A stretch of DNA of 15,432 nucleotides from NCBI GenBank assembly GCA_046757525.1, contig JBHHYI010000098.1, positions 1 through 15,432 of the forward strand, written 5' to 3'. The DNA is from a bacterium. Its GTDB lineage: Bacteria; Zhuqueibacterota; Zhuqueibacteria; Oceanimicrobiales; Oceanimicrobiaceae. Position numbers and translations under genes: made by a program. Positions 7,069-14,710 of the stretch are shown here, piece after piece. The notes beneath the pieces are model-generated. The model was not told where the DNA came from. It did no database searches and was given only the letters and a program-made list of their open reading frames with translations. The first letter of the stretch is position 1. Each line of letters starts with the position of its first letter.

Positions 7069-9570
7069 ATGAAGGCAGTCATCATGGCCGGCGGGTTGGG
7101 AACGCGACTCCGGCCCTTGACCTGTAACGTGCCAAAACCCATGGTGCCAGTGCTCAATCGACCGATCCTGGAGCACACCATCCTGCTGCTGAAAAAGCAC
7201 GGCATCACTGAGATCGTTCTGTTGCTTTTTTACCTACCCCATGTCATCAAAAAGCATTTCGGCGATGGCTCCCGTTTTGGCGTTGAGCTTGAGTACATCA
7301 CGCCAGACTCGGATTACGGCACCGCCGGTGCGGCGAAGCAGGCCATGGAGTGGATTCAAGAGACCTGTCTGATCGTCTCAGGCGACGCCATAACCGACTT
7401 GGACCTGACCCAATTCATCGGTTTTCACCGCAAAAAAAAAGCCGGCCTGACCATGGCTCTGGCCCTGGTTGGCAATCCTTCCCCCTTTGGCATTGCCATC
7501 ACCAACAAGCAAGGGCGCGTAACACGCTTTCTGGAAAAGCCGAGCTGGGGCCAGGTGTTTAGCGATACAGTGAACATGGGCATCTACGTGCTGGAACCCG
7601 GCATCCTCGATTTCATTCCAAAAGATTCTGAATATTATTTTGCCAAAGACCTCTTTCCCGTTCTGCTGCGAGAAAAGCAGCCCGTTTACGGCTTCAACAG
7701 CGATTGCTACTGGAAAGACATCGGCAACTTGAAAACCTACCAGCAGGTGCACTGGGACTGGTTTGACAACAAAATCGAGTTAGACATTACCGGGGATCCA
7801 AGAGAAGGTATCTGGTTGGGAGAGAATTGTAAAATCTCCGCCCTGGCAAAGTTAGAGGCTCCGCTTGTGCTGGGGGACCATTGCGTTGTAGAAGAAGGGG
7901 CCAGGGTGGGCCGGTCCATCATTGGCAATTCTTGCACCATTGGACGCAAGGCGTCTGTTGCCAATTCGATTCTGTGGAACGGGGTTGCGGTGGCCAAGGG
8001 CGCAGAGTTAAACTTCGACGTCGTTGCCAGCCAGTGTGAAATCGGCGAAGGGGCTTACCTGAACGAAAATGTTTTCATCAGCCACCGGGTGGCCGTAGGC
8101 GCCAACAGCCAGATCAACGCCAACGTGAAGATTTGGCCGCAGAAAGAGGTGGACGCAGGCGCCGTGGTGAACGCCAGCATGGTTTGGGGGGACAAATGGC
8201 AGCGGGAACACTTTACCGACTCCCGCGTCACCGGCCTGGCCAACCTGGAAATCAACCCGGAATTCGGCGCCAAGTTAGGGGCTGCCTTCGGCACCTGGCT
8301 TGGGAAGGACAGCCTGGTTGCCGTGAGTCGCGATCCCACTTCTGCTGCCCGCATGATCGATCGCTCCATGATCTGCGGCCTGATGTCAGCGGGCGTCGAC
8401 GTTCATGATCTGCGTGTGATTCCCATTCCCATCGTCAGATACGCTATTCGTTCTGGCAATTACAAAGGGGGCATCCATGTGCGCCGCTCGCCTTTTCAGA
8501 GCAACCTTTTGGATATTCTCTTCTTTGATAAGAATGGCAGGGATCTGGCCCCGAATACCACCAAGACCCTGGAGCGACTCTTCTTTAGAGAAGATTTTCC
8601 CAGGGTCTCGTTCGATGAAGTCGGGGACATCGATTTTCCCGTGCGCATTTCCGAAGCCTACGTGCAGGATTGCCTCGATCACATCGACATTGCTGCCGTT
8701 GAAGGCGCTAAATTCAAAGTTGTTATCGACTATTCTTTTGGTGCGGCCACCCAGGTCTTTCCGGCGATTCTCGGTTCCCTGGACTGCGAGGTCATCACCT
8801 TGAACGCTTTTTTGCACCCGGAAAAAATGTCGCGCACAGCGAAAAAATTCGAGGATGCGCTGCAGCGGCTGGCAAAGATCGTTCGCTCCACACAAGCCCA
8901 CGCCGGTTTCTTGATCGATTCAGGCGCCGAAAAGATCTTCTGTGTTGACGAAAAGGGGCGCATCCTGAAGAGCGAACGTCTGGTTGTTCTGGTCACCAAG
9001 CTTCTTTTGACGACCCAGAAGCCGCGCAAGATCGCCGTACCTGTGTCGATTCCCAGCCAGGTGGAAGCTATGGCCCAAAGGGCAAACGTGGAGCTGGTCT
9101 ACACGGCCGAGGATGGCGGTTCCATCATCCAGGCGACCGAAGATCCAGCAGTGGAGTACGCTGCCGGCACCAAAGGCGGCTTTATCTTCACCGATTTTCA
9201 TTTCGCTTTCGACGGTTTGTTCGCTCTGGTCAAGATTCTGGAGCTCATGGCCAAAAGCGGACAGACCCTGGGGCAGCTTAACGATGAAACGCCAAAACGC
9301 ATCTTCAAGGTCGAAAGCGTGCCCTGCCCCTGGGAAGCCAAAGGCCAGGTCATGCGCAAAATGGCCGAGTATTCTGAAGACAAGAGACGCCTGCTGGTCG
9401 ACGGCGTCAAGATCATTTACGACGACGCCTGGGTGCTGGTGGTTCCCGACCGCGACAAGGCGTCTTGTCATGTTGTTGTTGAGGCCCCTGGACCCAAATC
9501 GGCAGAAAAGCTGGTCACCAGGTTTAGAAAGATTGTGCAAGGAAGTGCGGTGGTCAGGGGTCAGGCTTAG
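7069..9570 (+). CDS. Mannose-1-phosphate guanylyltransferase-like NTP-transferase + beta-helix + phosphohexomutase-like domain, 833 aa
   Basis: MAGGLGTRLRPLT...PKPMVP, GTAGA, SGDA, FLEKP, YWKDIG, hexapeptide repeats, then a PGM/PMM-fold region (VSRD, VVIDYSFGA, DGVKI...WVLVVPD). Confidence 0.88.
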   Translation: MKAVIMAGGLGTRLRPLTCNVPKPMVPVLNRPILEHTILLLKKHGITEIVLLLFYLPHVIKKHFGDGSRFGVELEYITPDSDYGTAGAAKQAMEWIQETCLIVSGDAITDLDLTQFIGFHRKKKAGLTMALALVGNPSPFGIAITNKQGRVTRFLEKPSWGQVFSDTVNMGIYVLEPGILDFIPKDSEYYFAKDLFPVLLREKQPVYGFNSDCYWKDIGNLKTYQQVHWDWFDNKIELDITGDPREGIWLGENCKISALAKLEAPLVLGDHCVVEEGARVGRSIIGNSCTIGRKASVANSILWNGVAVAKGAELNFDVVASQCEIGEGAYLNENVFISHRVAVGANSQINANVKIWPQKEVDAGAVVNASMVWGDKWQREHFTDSRVTGLANLEINPEFGAKLGAAFGTWLGKDSLVAVSRDPTSAARMIDRSMICGLMSAGVDVHDLRVIPIPIVRYAIRSGNYKGGIHVRRSPFQSNLLDILFFDKNGRDLAPNTTKTLERLFFREDFPRVSFDEVGDIDFPVRISEAYVQDCLDHIDIAAVEGAKFKVVIDYSFGAATQVFPAILGSLDCEVITLNAFLHPEKMSRTAKKFEDALQRLAKIVRSTQAHAGFLIDSGAEKIFCVDEKGRILKSERLVVLVTKLLLTTQKPRKIAVPVSIPSQVEAMAQRANVELVYTAEDGGSIIQATEDPAVEYAAGTKGGFIFTDFHFAFDGLFALVKILELMAKSGQTLGQLNDETPKRIFKVESVPCPWEAKGQVMRKMAEYSEDKRRLLVDGVKIIYDDAWVLVVPDRDKASCHVVVEAPGPKSAEKLVTRFRKIVQGSAVVRGQA

Positions 9571-9657
9571 AGCAAGCCCTGGCGATTTGAATTCCCCGGA
9601 CCGCCCGTCAGGACGCTGGGGCAAACGTGCAATTCACATTCCGCAGCTATCTTCCCA

Positions 9658-9688
9658 GCTTTACTAAACTTTTAAAGTTTAGTAAAGC
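9658..9688. repeat. Perfect palindrome (15-bp arms) between convergent genes
   Basis: gctttactaaacttt-t-aaagtttagtaaagc. Confidence 0.7.
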
Positions 9689-9723
9689 CGGGTTGAAAAC
9701 ATTATCAGTCGTCCCGAGTCTCT

Positions 9724-9890
9724 TTTTGGCGTCAACTTAAGGGCCGTCTAACCACTCTATTGTCACCCCGAGCGGAGTCCGGCAGTTGCCGGACGTAGTC
9801 GAGGGGTCTGATTTAGTCACAAACCAGATTTCTCGTCAGGCAGTCGCCTGACTCGAAATGACAGTTTGGGGGCTTAAGTTGACGCCAATG
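9724..9890. mobile_element. 167-bp MITE with IS4-family-like 18-bp TIRs and 9-bp TSD, carrying a TGTC-hairpin doublet
   Basis: ttttggcgtcaacttaag (9724-9741)/cttaagttgacgccaatg (9873-9890), 16/18 match; cgagtctct perfectly duplicated at 9715-9723 and 9891-9899; units at 9761-9809 and 9825-9863. Confidence 0.88.
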
Positions 9891-9963
9891 CGAGTCTCTG
9901 GAACGCTGTTGGTCAGGAGGTAACGTAGAGCACCGGGCCGTCACCTCTCGAAAAAGTAGCAAG

Positions 9964-9994
9964 GAAGGTGACCTTTTTCGAAAAAGTCACCTTC
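9964..9994 (-). terminator. Hairpin 11 nt downstream of the htpG stop; probable terminator
   Basis: gaaggtgac-c-ttttt-cg-aaaaa-gtcaccttc; on the minus strand followed by cttgctacttttt (weak U-tract). Confidence 0.55.
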
Positions 9995-10005
9995 TGAAAT
10001 AGCTT

Positions 10006-11868
10006 TTACTTAGTCGCTTCCACCATGAGGTCGGTCATCCTGCTGACGAACTCGGTGGGCGAGGTGAGATTGCCCTCCACAAGCAAGGCGCCTTCGTACA
10101 ACTGCAAGATGCTGTTTCTTAGCATGGGATCATTTTCGTCTGCCAGGATTTTTTTGCCCAGATTCTTGATCAGCGGATGGGACAGGTTGATCTCAAGAAT
10201 CTTCTTGGACCCGGCGTACTCCTTGTCCATGATCCGCATCATCTTTTCCATCTGCTTGTCCATGCCTTCCTTGCCAACCACCAGAGTGGCGGCCGAGTCC
10301 ACGAGCCGTTTTGAAGCAATCACATCTTCTACTTTATCGCCCAGCGTTTTCTTGAACACTTCAATCAAAGCCTTGGACAAGTCCTTACCCAAAGCTTCCT
10401 TCTGACTTTTTTCGTCTTGCTTAAGGTCCAGGTCGGCCTTGTCGATAGACTTGATCGCTTTTTTGTCGTATTCGTTTATGGAAGGTACGATGAAAACGTC
10501 GAAAGGATCTGTCAAGAGCAAAACTTCCAGGTCGTTCTTTTTGAAATACTCTAAATTGGGATTTCTCTCCAGTACCTCCCTGTGTTCACCTGACAAATAA
10601 TAAATCTCATTTTGTTCTTTCTTCATTCGGGAGACATACTCCTTGAGAGAAGTTAGCTGGCCCTTTTCCAATTTAGAAGTTTCAAACCGCAGCAAATCGA
10701 TGATTTTGTCCTTATTTTTGAAATCCGTATTTACACCGGTCTTGAAAACCTGGCCGAAGTTTTTGTAAAACTTTTCATATTTGTTCTTATCATTCTTAGC
10801 CCAATCCTGAAAAAATGCCAAAATTTTTCCGGTCAATACATCGCGTATTTTAGCCATGGCCGGACTGGTCTGTGTGACTTCTCTGGAGACGTTCAAGGGC
10901 AAGTCTTCGGTGTCCACCACGCCTCGCAAAAAGCGCAAGTATTCTGGCAGCAGTTCTTTACAGTCATCTTGAATGAAAACTTTGTTGGAGTAAAGCTGCA
11001 AAGACTTCTCCAGGTGCTCCTTGAACAACATGGGTGGGGCGGTTTCCGGCACAAAAACGAGCGCTTTAAAATTGACCGCACCTTCGATCGACAGGTGCAA
11101 ATGGTCCAGGGGTGGATTAAAATCGTTGGTGATGAACTTGTAGAATTCAGTGAGCTCCTCCTCTGTAACCTGATCTTTCGACTTGTGCCACAAAGCGCTG
11201 ACCCGGTTGACTTCTTCTTTGCCTACCAATATGGGGAAGTCGACGAAGTTAGAATATTTTTGAATGACGTTCTTGACTCTATATTCTTCGCTGAATTCCT
11301 TGTGTTGGTCCTTGAGCTTGAAAGAGATTCTGGTTCCCCGATGCGCTTTGTCGATTTCTTCGATGGTAAACTTGCCTTCCCCGCCGGAGACCCAGCGATA
11401 TCCCTTTGAATCCGGGTCAGCGTGGCGAGTTTCGACGGTGACTTCGTCGGTGACCATGAATACGGAATAGAAACCGACCCCAAACTGACCGATGAGATTG
11501 CCGTCCAGGGTTCTGTCCTCTTCCTGCATTTTCTGCAAGAATTCCACGGTGCCAGAGCTGGCCACGGTGCCGATTTCGCTGATGAGCTCATCTTTGGTCA
11601 TGCCGATGCCGGTGTCCTCAATTGAAAGCATCTGTTTGTTGGGGTCGACCTCAATCTTGATTTTCAGCTCGGCCTCCGGGTCCAACACCTCGGTGTCAGT
11701 GAGCATTCGAAAACGGATCTTGTTGAGCGCGTCGGACGCGTTGGAAATCAACTCGCGCAGAAACACCTCCGGATGCGTGTAAAGGGAGTGCACGATGAGA
11801 TGCAGCAATTGCTTCATTTCGGCTTTGTACTCGAATTCTTCAGCCTTCTTCTTAGTTTGTTTTGCCAT
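10006..11868 (-). CDS. htpG: Molecular chaperone HtpG (Hsp90), 620 aa
   Basis: HSLYTHPEVFLRELISNASDA, DTGIGM, LIGQFGVGFYSVF, LPLNVSRE, KILEINLSHPLI; SD AGGAGG (cctcct at 11879-11884). Confidence 0.97.
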   Translation of the reverse strand: MAKQTKKKAEEFEYKAEMKQLLHLIVHSLYTHPEVFLRELISNASDALNKIRFRMLTDTEVLDPEAELKIKIEVDPNKQMLSIEDTGIGMTKDELISEIGTVASSGTVEFLQKMQEEDRTLDGNLIGQFGVGFYSVFMVTDEVTVETRHADPDSKGYRWVSGGEGKFTIEEIDKAHRGTRISFKLKDQHKEFSEEYRVKNVIQKYSNFVDFPILVGKEEVNRVSALWHKSKDQVTEEELTEFYKFITNDFNPPLDHLHLSIEGAVNFKALVFVPETAPPMLFKEHLEKSLQLYSNKVFIQDDCKELLPEYLRFLRGVVDTEDLPLNVSREVTQTSPAMAKIRDVLTGKILAFFQDWAKNDKNKYEKFYKNFGQVFKTGVNTDFKNKDKIIDLLRFETSKLEKGQLTSLKEYVSRMKKEQNEIYYLSGEHREVLERNPNLEYFKKNDLEVLLLTDPFDVFIVPSINEYDKKAIKSIDKADLDLKQDEKSQKEALGKDLSKALIEVFKKTLGDKVEDVIASKRLVDSAATLVVGKEGMDKQMEKMMRIMDKEYAGSKKILEINLSHPLIKNLGKKILADENDPMLRNSILQLYEGALLVEGNLTSPTEFVSRMTDLMVEATK

Positions 11869-12024
11869 AAACTACATTCCTCCTTTTAAATAAAGCCATG
11901 GGTTAACAGTAGGAAATGGATTGTTGATGAATTGGACTCAATTTCGACAGAACTTTCTCCCTGATTTCAAGTCAATCGTCTCGATCGAAGTTCTCGCAAA
12001 ACGAACGGTTCTACCAGTTGCTTA

Positions 12025-12053
12025 AAAATAAGAATTGCGCAAAGAAAGTTCAA
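12025..12053 (-). promoter_or_regulatory. Putative htpG promoter
   Basis: Minus strand TTGAAC, 17-bp spacer, TATTTT; same ttct-TATTTT context as the paaK-like promoter. Confidence 0.45.
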
Positions 12054-12403
12054 TGCATTTTGTACAATTCTCATTAAATTATTTTAAAATTGGAGCGTCC
12101 ACTTGCACTTGACCGGATGCTCCTCATCTTAGAACCTGGCCCGCTATTTTCATCCTGAGTTAACTCAAGATCTGCTGCCAAAAGGGGTTGCCATGAGCAG
12201 ACAAGACGTGAAGCACCTGGCAAAATAAGCTTTAAGAGCCATAGGCCACCAACGCAGCTTCCCTTCTGCTGCTAAAACACTCAGAAGCGTCCAGCGTAGC
12301 CATAGCTCGAAAACTCTGCTTGGGACTTGTCACTTGACGGCGATTCAAAAGCTCAGCCTTACACAAACCTGCCCCCGGCCTATCGACCCGCTTTCCCCGC
12401 CAA

Positions 12404-12459
12404 TTTTCACCAAAGTTTCGCATTTCCGTCACCTAATTGTAACTTGGGTTGACTATATT
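12404..12459 (+). promoter_or_regulatory. Pho-box-like direct-repeat array plus -10 element
   Basis: Heptamers at exact 11-bp pitch: ttttcac 12404, gtttcgc 12415, ccgtcac 12426, ttgtaac 12437; TATATT at 12454-12459, 10 bp after the last repeat. Confidence 0.65.
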
Positions 12460-12545
12460 CTTGAGAAATCTTAAGATTGTCGTACTCACTCGAACCCCGC
12501 AAGGGAGGTGGAGTTGAATTTGGTAACTAAATTAAGGAGGGAGTT

Positions 12546-13565
12546 ATGCTAAAACATTTTTCGGCTGTGGTAGTCCTGTGTTGCATTTGTGCAGGCAGCT
12601 CGGTGGCTCAGGCGCAAACCGGCAAGTTTAGCGGCTACATGTTCGGCGATTATTACTACGTGGTCAACAATCACGACGACCCTCTCGAGGGCCGAAACGG
12701 TTTCTGGTTTAGAAGGATTTATTTTACCTATGACCAGGGTCTGGGTGAGGAATTCTCTGTTCGGTTTCGGCTGGAGATGAAGAATGCCGGTGATTTCGCT
12801 AAGAAATCGAAATTGGAGCCTTTTGTCAAAGATGGGTATTTGAAATGGTCCAGGTCGCACCACGCCATTTACCTGGGTCTGTCTCCCACGCCGACCTGGA
12901 ACTACATCGAGAAGGTGTGGGGCTACCGCGCCGTGGAAAAGACGCCCGCCGATTTGTACAAGTTTGGCAGCTCCAGGGATTTCGGCGTTGCCGTCAAAGG
13001 AAGTTTTGGCGGCGACAAACAAGTCGCTTACCACTTCATGTTTAGCAACGGCAGCAGTACGGGTTCGGAAACCAACGAGGGGAAAAAAGTGGCCTTGTCG
13101 CTGGGATACCGATTAACCAAGGAACTTTCCGTTGAAGTTTACGGAGATTTCGAAGAGCGGCCGGGTGCCAGCGACCGGTACACCGCGCAAGGCTTTCTGA
13201 CTTACCAGACCGCGCGCTGGCGGGCAGGGGCGCAACTGGTGCACCAGACCCGACAACAGGTCGGCGACAATGCGCAGTTGCAGCTCGCCTCGGCGTTTGC
13301 CGCAGCCCAGGTGCGGGAAGAGCTTTGGGCTTTTGTCCGTTTCGACCGCAGTTTCGATCCCATCCCGGAAGGCCCGAAGGTTTCCTTTGTGCCCTTCGAC
13401 GGCACGGCCAAACTCAATTTCCTGCTCCTGGGCGCGGACTACCGCCCGCACAAACAGGTGCATCTGATGCCTAATGTGGAGCTCGCTTTTTATGACAGCG
13501 TAAACGGCGAGCGCCCCAACGCCGACGTCATTCCCCGGTTTACGTTTTACTACGTGTGGAAGTAG
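12546..13565 (+). CDS. Outer-membrane beta-barrel protein, putative phosphate-regulated porin, 339 aa
   Basis: Signal peptide (…GSSVA); alternating aromatic/hydrophobic strands (FRRIYFTYD, LSLGY, LLLGADY); aromatic C-terminus RFTFYYVWK; SD aaggagg at 12534-12540; directly upstream of pstS. Confidence 0.75.
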   Translation: MLKHFSAVVVLCCICAGSSVAQAQTGKFSGYMFGDYYYVVNNHDDPLEGRNGFWFRRIYFTYDQGLGEEFSVRFRLEMKNAGDFAKKSKLEPFVKDGYLKWSRSHHAIYLGLSPTPTWNYIEKVWGYRAVEKTPADLYKFGSSRDFGVAVKGSFGGDKQVAYHFMFSNGSSTGSETNEGKKVALSLGYRLTKELSVEVYGDFEERPGASDRYTAQGFLTYQTARWRAGAQLVHQTRQQVGDNAQLQLASAFAAAQVREELWAFVRFDRSFDPIPEGPKVSFVPFDGTAKLNFLLLGADYRPHKQVHLMPNVELAFYDSVNGERPNADVIPRFTFYYVWK

Positions 13566-13602
13566 TGTGCAAATGTCAAATGTTTTCCAAACTTCTACAC
13601 AG

Positions 13603-13636
13603 CCGTAACATGAATGTAACATAAAGATCGTACCAT
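13603..13636 (+). promoter_or_regulatory. Pho box and -10 element of pstS
   Basis: GTAACAT at 13605 and 13616 (11-bp pitch; ccgtaac-atga-atgtaac), then 10 bp and TACCAT (13631-13636). Confidence 0.72.
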
Positions 13637-13690
13637 GTGAACGGGGAAAGTTTGAATCAAAAATTGACTGTCAACACAAAGGAGGACATT

Positions 13691-14704
13691 ATGTTCAGAA
13701 ACGCAGGTTGTAGATTGTCACAGCGCCTCGCAGGCGTAGTATCGGCTTTGTTTTTGCTGGGGGTTTCGTTTGGTGCCTTTGCGCAGAAGAAGCCGCAGGT
13801 GGACCCCAAGGTTCCCGGTTACAAAAAAGTGAGCGGGATTTCGGGCAACGTCAACAGCATTGGCTCCGACACCATGAACAACCTCATGACCCTGTGGGGC
13901 GAGGCGTTTGCCAAGTACTACCCCAACGTGAAACTGCAAGTCGAAGGCAAAGGCTCCAGCACCGCGCCTCCCGCTTTGATTGCGGGCACCGCGCAATTCG
14001 GCCCCATGTCGCGCAAAATGAAAGCGCAGGAAGTGGACGCTTTCGAAAAGGCGTTCGGCTACAAGCCGACGGTACTTCGGACCTCCCTGGACGCCCTGGC
14101 GGTCTATGTCAACAAAGACAATCCCATAAAGGGGCTCACCTTGCAGCAAATAGACGCGATTTTTTCCAAGACGCGTGCCGGTGGCTCTGCCAGAGAGATC
14201 AAAAGCTGGGGGGACGCGGGACTCGAGGGGGACTGGGCCAACAAGGCTATCAGTTTGTACGGACGCAATTCCGCTTCCGGCACTTACGGCTATTTTAAGA
14301 AGCATGCCCTGTTTAAAGGCGACTACAAAGATACGGTCAAGGAGCAGCCGGGTTCGGCTTCGGTGGTGCAGGGTGTTAGCGAGGACCGCTACGGCATTGG
14401 CTACAGCGGCATCGGCTACATCACCTCCGGCGTTCGTGCGGTGCCCCTGGCCAAGAGTGCCCAGGATGCTTTCCACAACGCTGATATGGCCAACGTCATG
14501 TCTGGCAAATATCCCCTGGCGCGTTTTCTTTACATTTACGTGAACAAGAAGCCGGGGAAGCCACTGGATCCGCTGGTGCGCGAATTCCTCAAGTTCGTGT
14601 TCAGCAAAGAGGGGCAGGCCATCGTGATCAAAGACGGCTATTTGCCGCTGCCCTACAAAGTGGTGGCCCAGGAATTGGCCAAATTGGAGAATGGAACTTA
14701 TTAG
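13691..14704 (+). CDS. pstS: Phosphate ABC transporter substrate-binding protein PstS, 337 aa
   Basis: SIGSDTM, EGKGSSTAPPALIAG, GPMSR, DALAVYVNKDNP, YGRNSASGTYGYF, YPLARFLYIYVN; signal peptide ending AFA; start chosen from SD aaaggagg at 13678-13685. Confidence 0.95.
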   Translation: MFRNAGCRLSQRLAGVVSALFLLGVSFGAFAQKKPQVDPKVPGYKKVSGISGNVNSIGSDTMNNLMTLWGEAFAKYYPNVKLQVEGKGSSTAPPALIAGTAQFGPMSRKMKAQEVDAFEKAFGYKPTVLRTSLDALAVYVNKDNPIKGLTLQQIDAIFSKTRAGGSAREIKSWGDAGLEGDWANKAISLYGRNSASGTYGYFKKHALFKGDYKDTVKEQPGSASVVQGVSEDRYGIGYSGIGYITSGVRAVPLAKSAQDAFHNADMANVMSGKYPLARFLYIYVNKKPGKPLDPLVREFLKFVFSKEGQAIVIKDGYLPLPYKVVAQELAKLENGTY

Positions 14705-14710
14705 GTCGGT

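Noticed and set aside
7432..7440. A9 run (also A8 at 14726-14733) as a phase-variation tract
   Set aside because: Both are in-frame Lys codons, with no evidence of slippage from a single sequence.
9575..9640. Weak imperfect inverted repeats after the 833-aa gene
   Set aside because: Too degenerate to define; possibly a decayed repeat.
84..9863. CRISPR array or integron attC interpretation of the repeats
   Set aside because: The repeats are dispersed and inverted, not regularly spaced. There is no cas or intI gene, and the flanking genes are housekeeping-type with their own promoters.
12193..12228. 11-aa ORF MSRQDVKHLAK after aagggg
   Set aside because: Too short to support; could be chance or a gene remnant.
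13637..13690. Upstream GTG start for pstS given in the ORF track
   Set aside because: It abuts the predicted -10 box and has no SD. ATG 13691 has a strong SD and a normal-length signal peptide.
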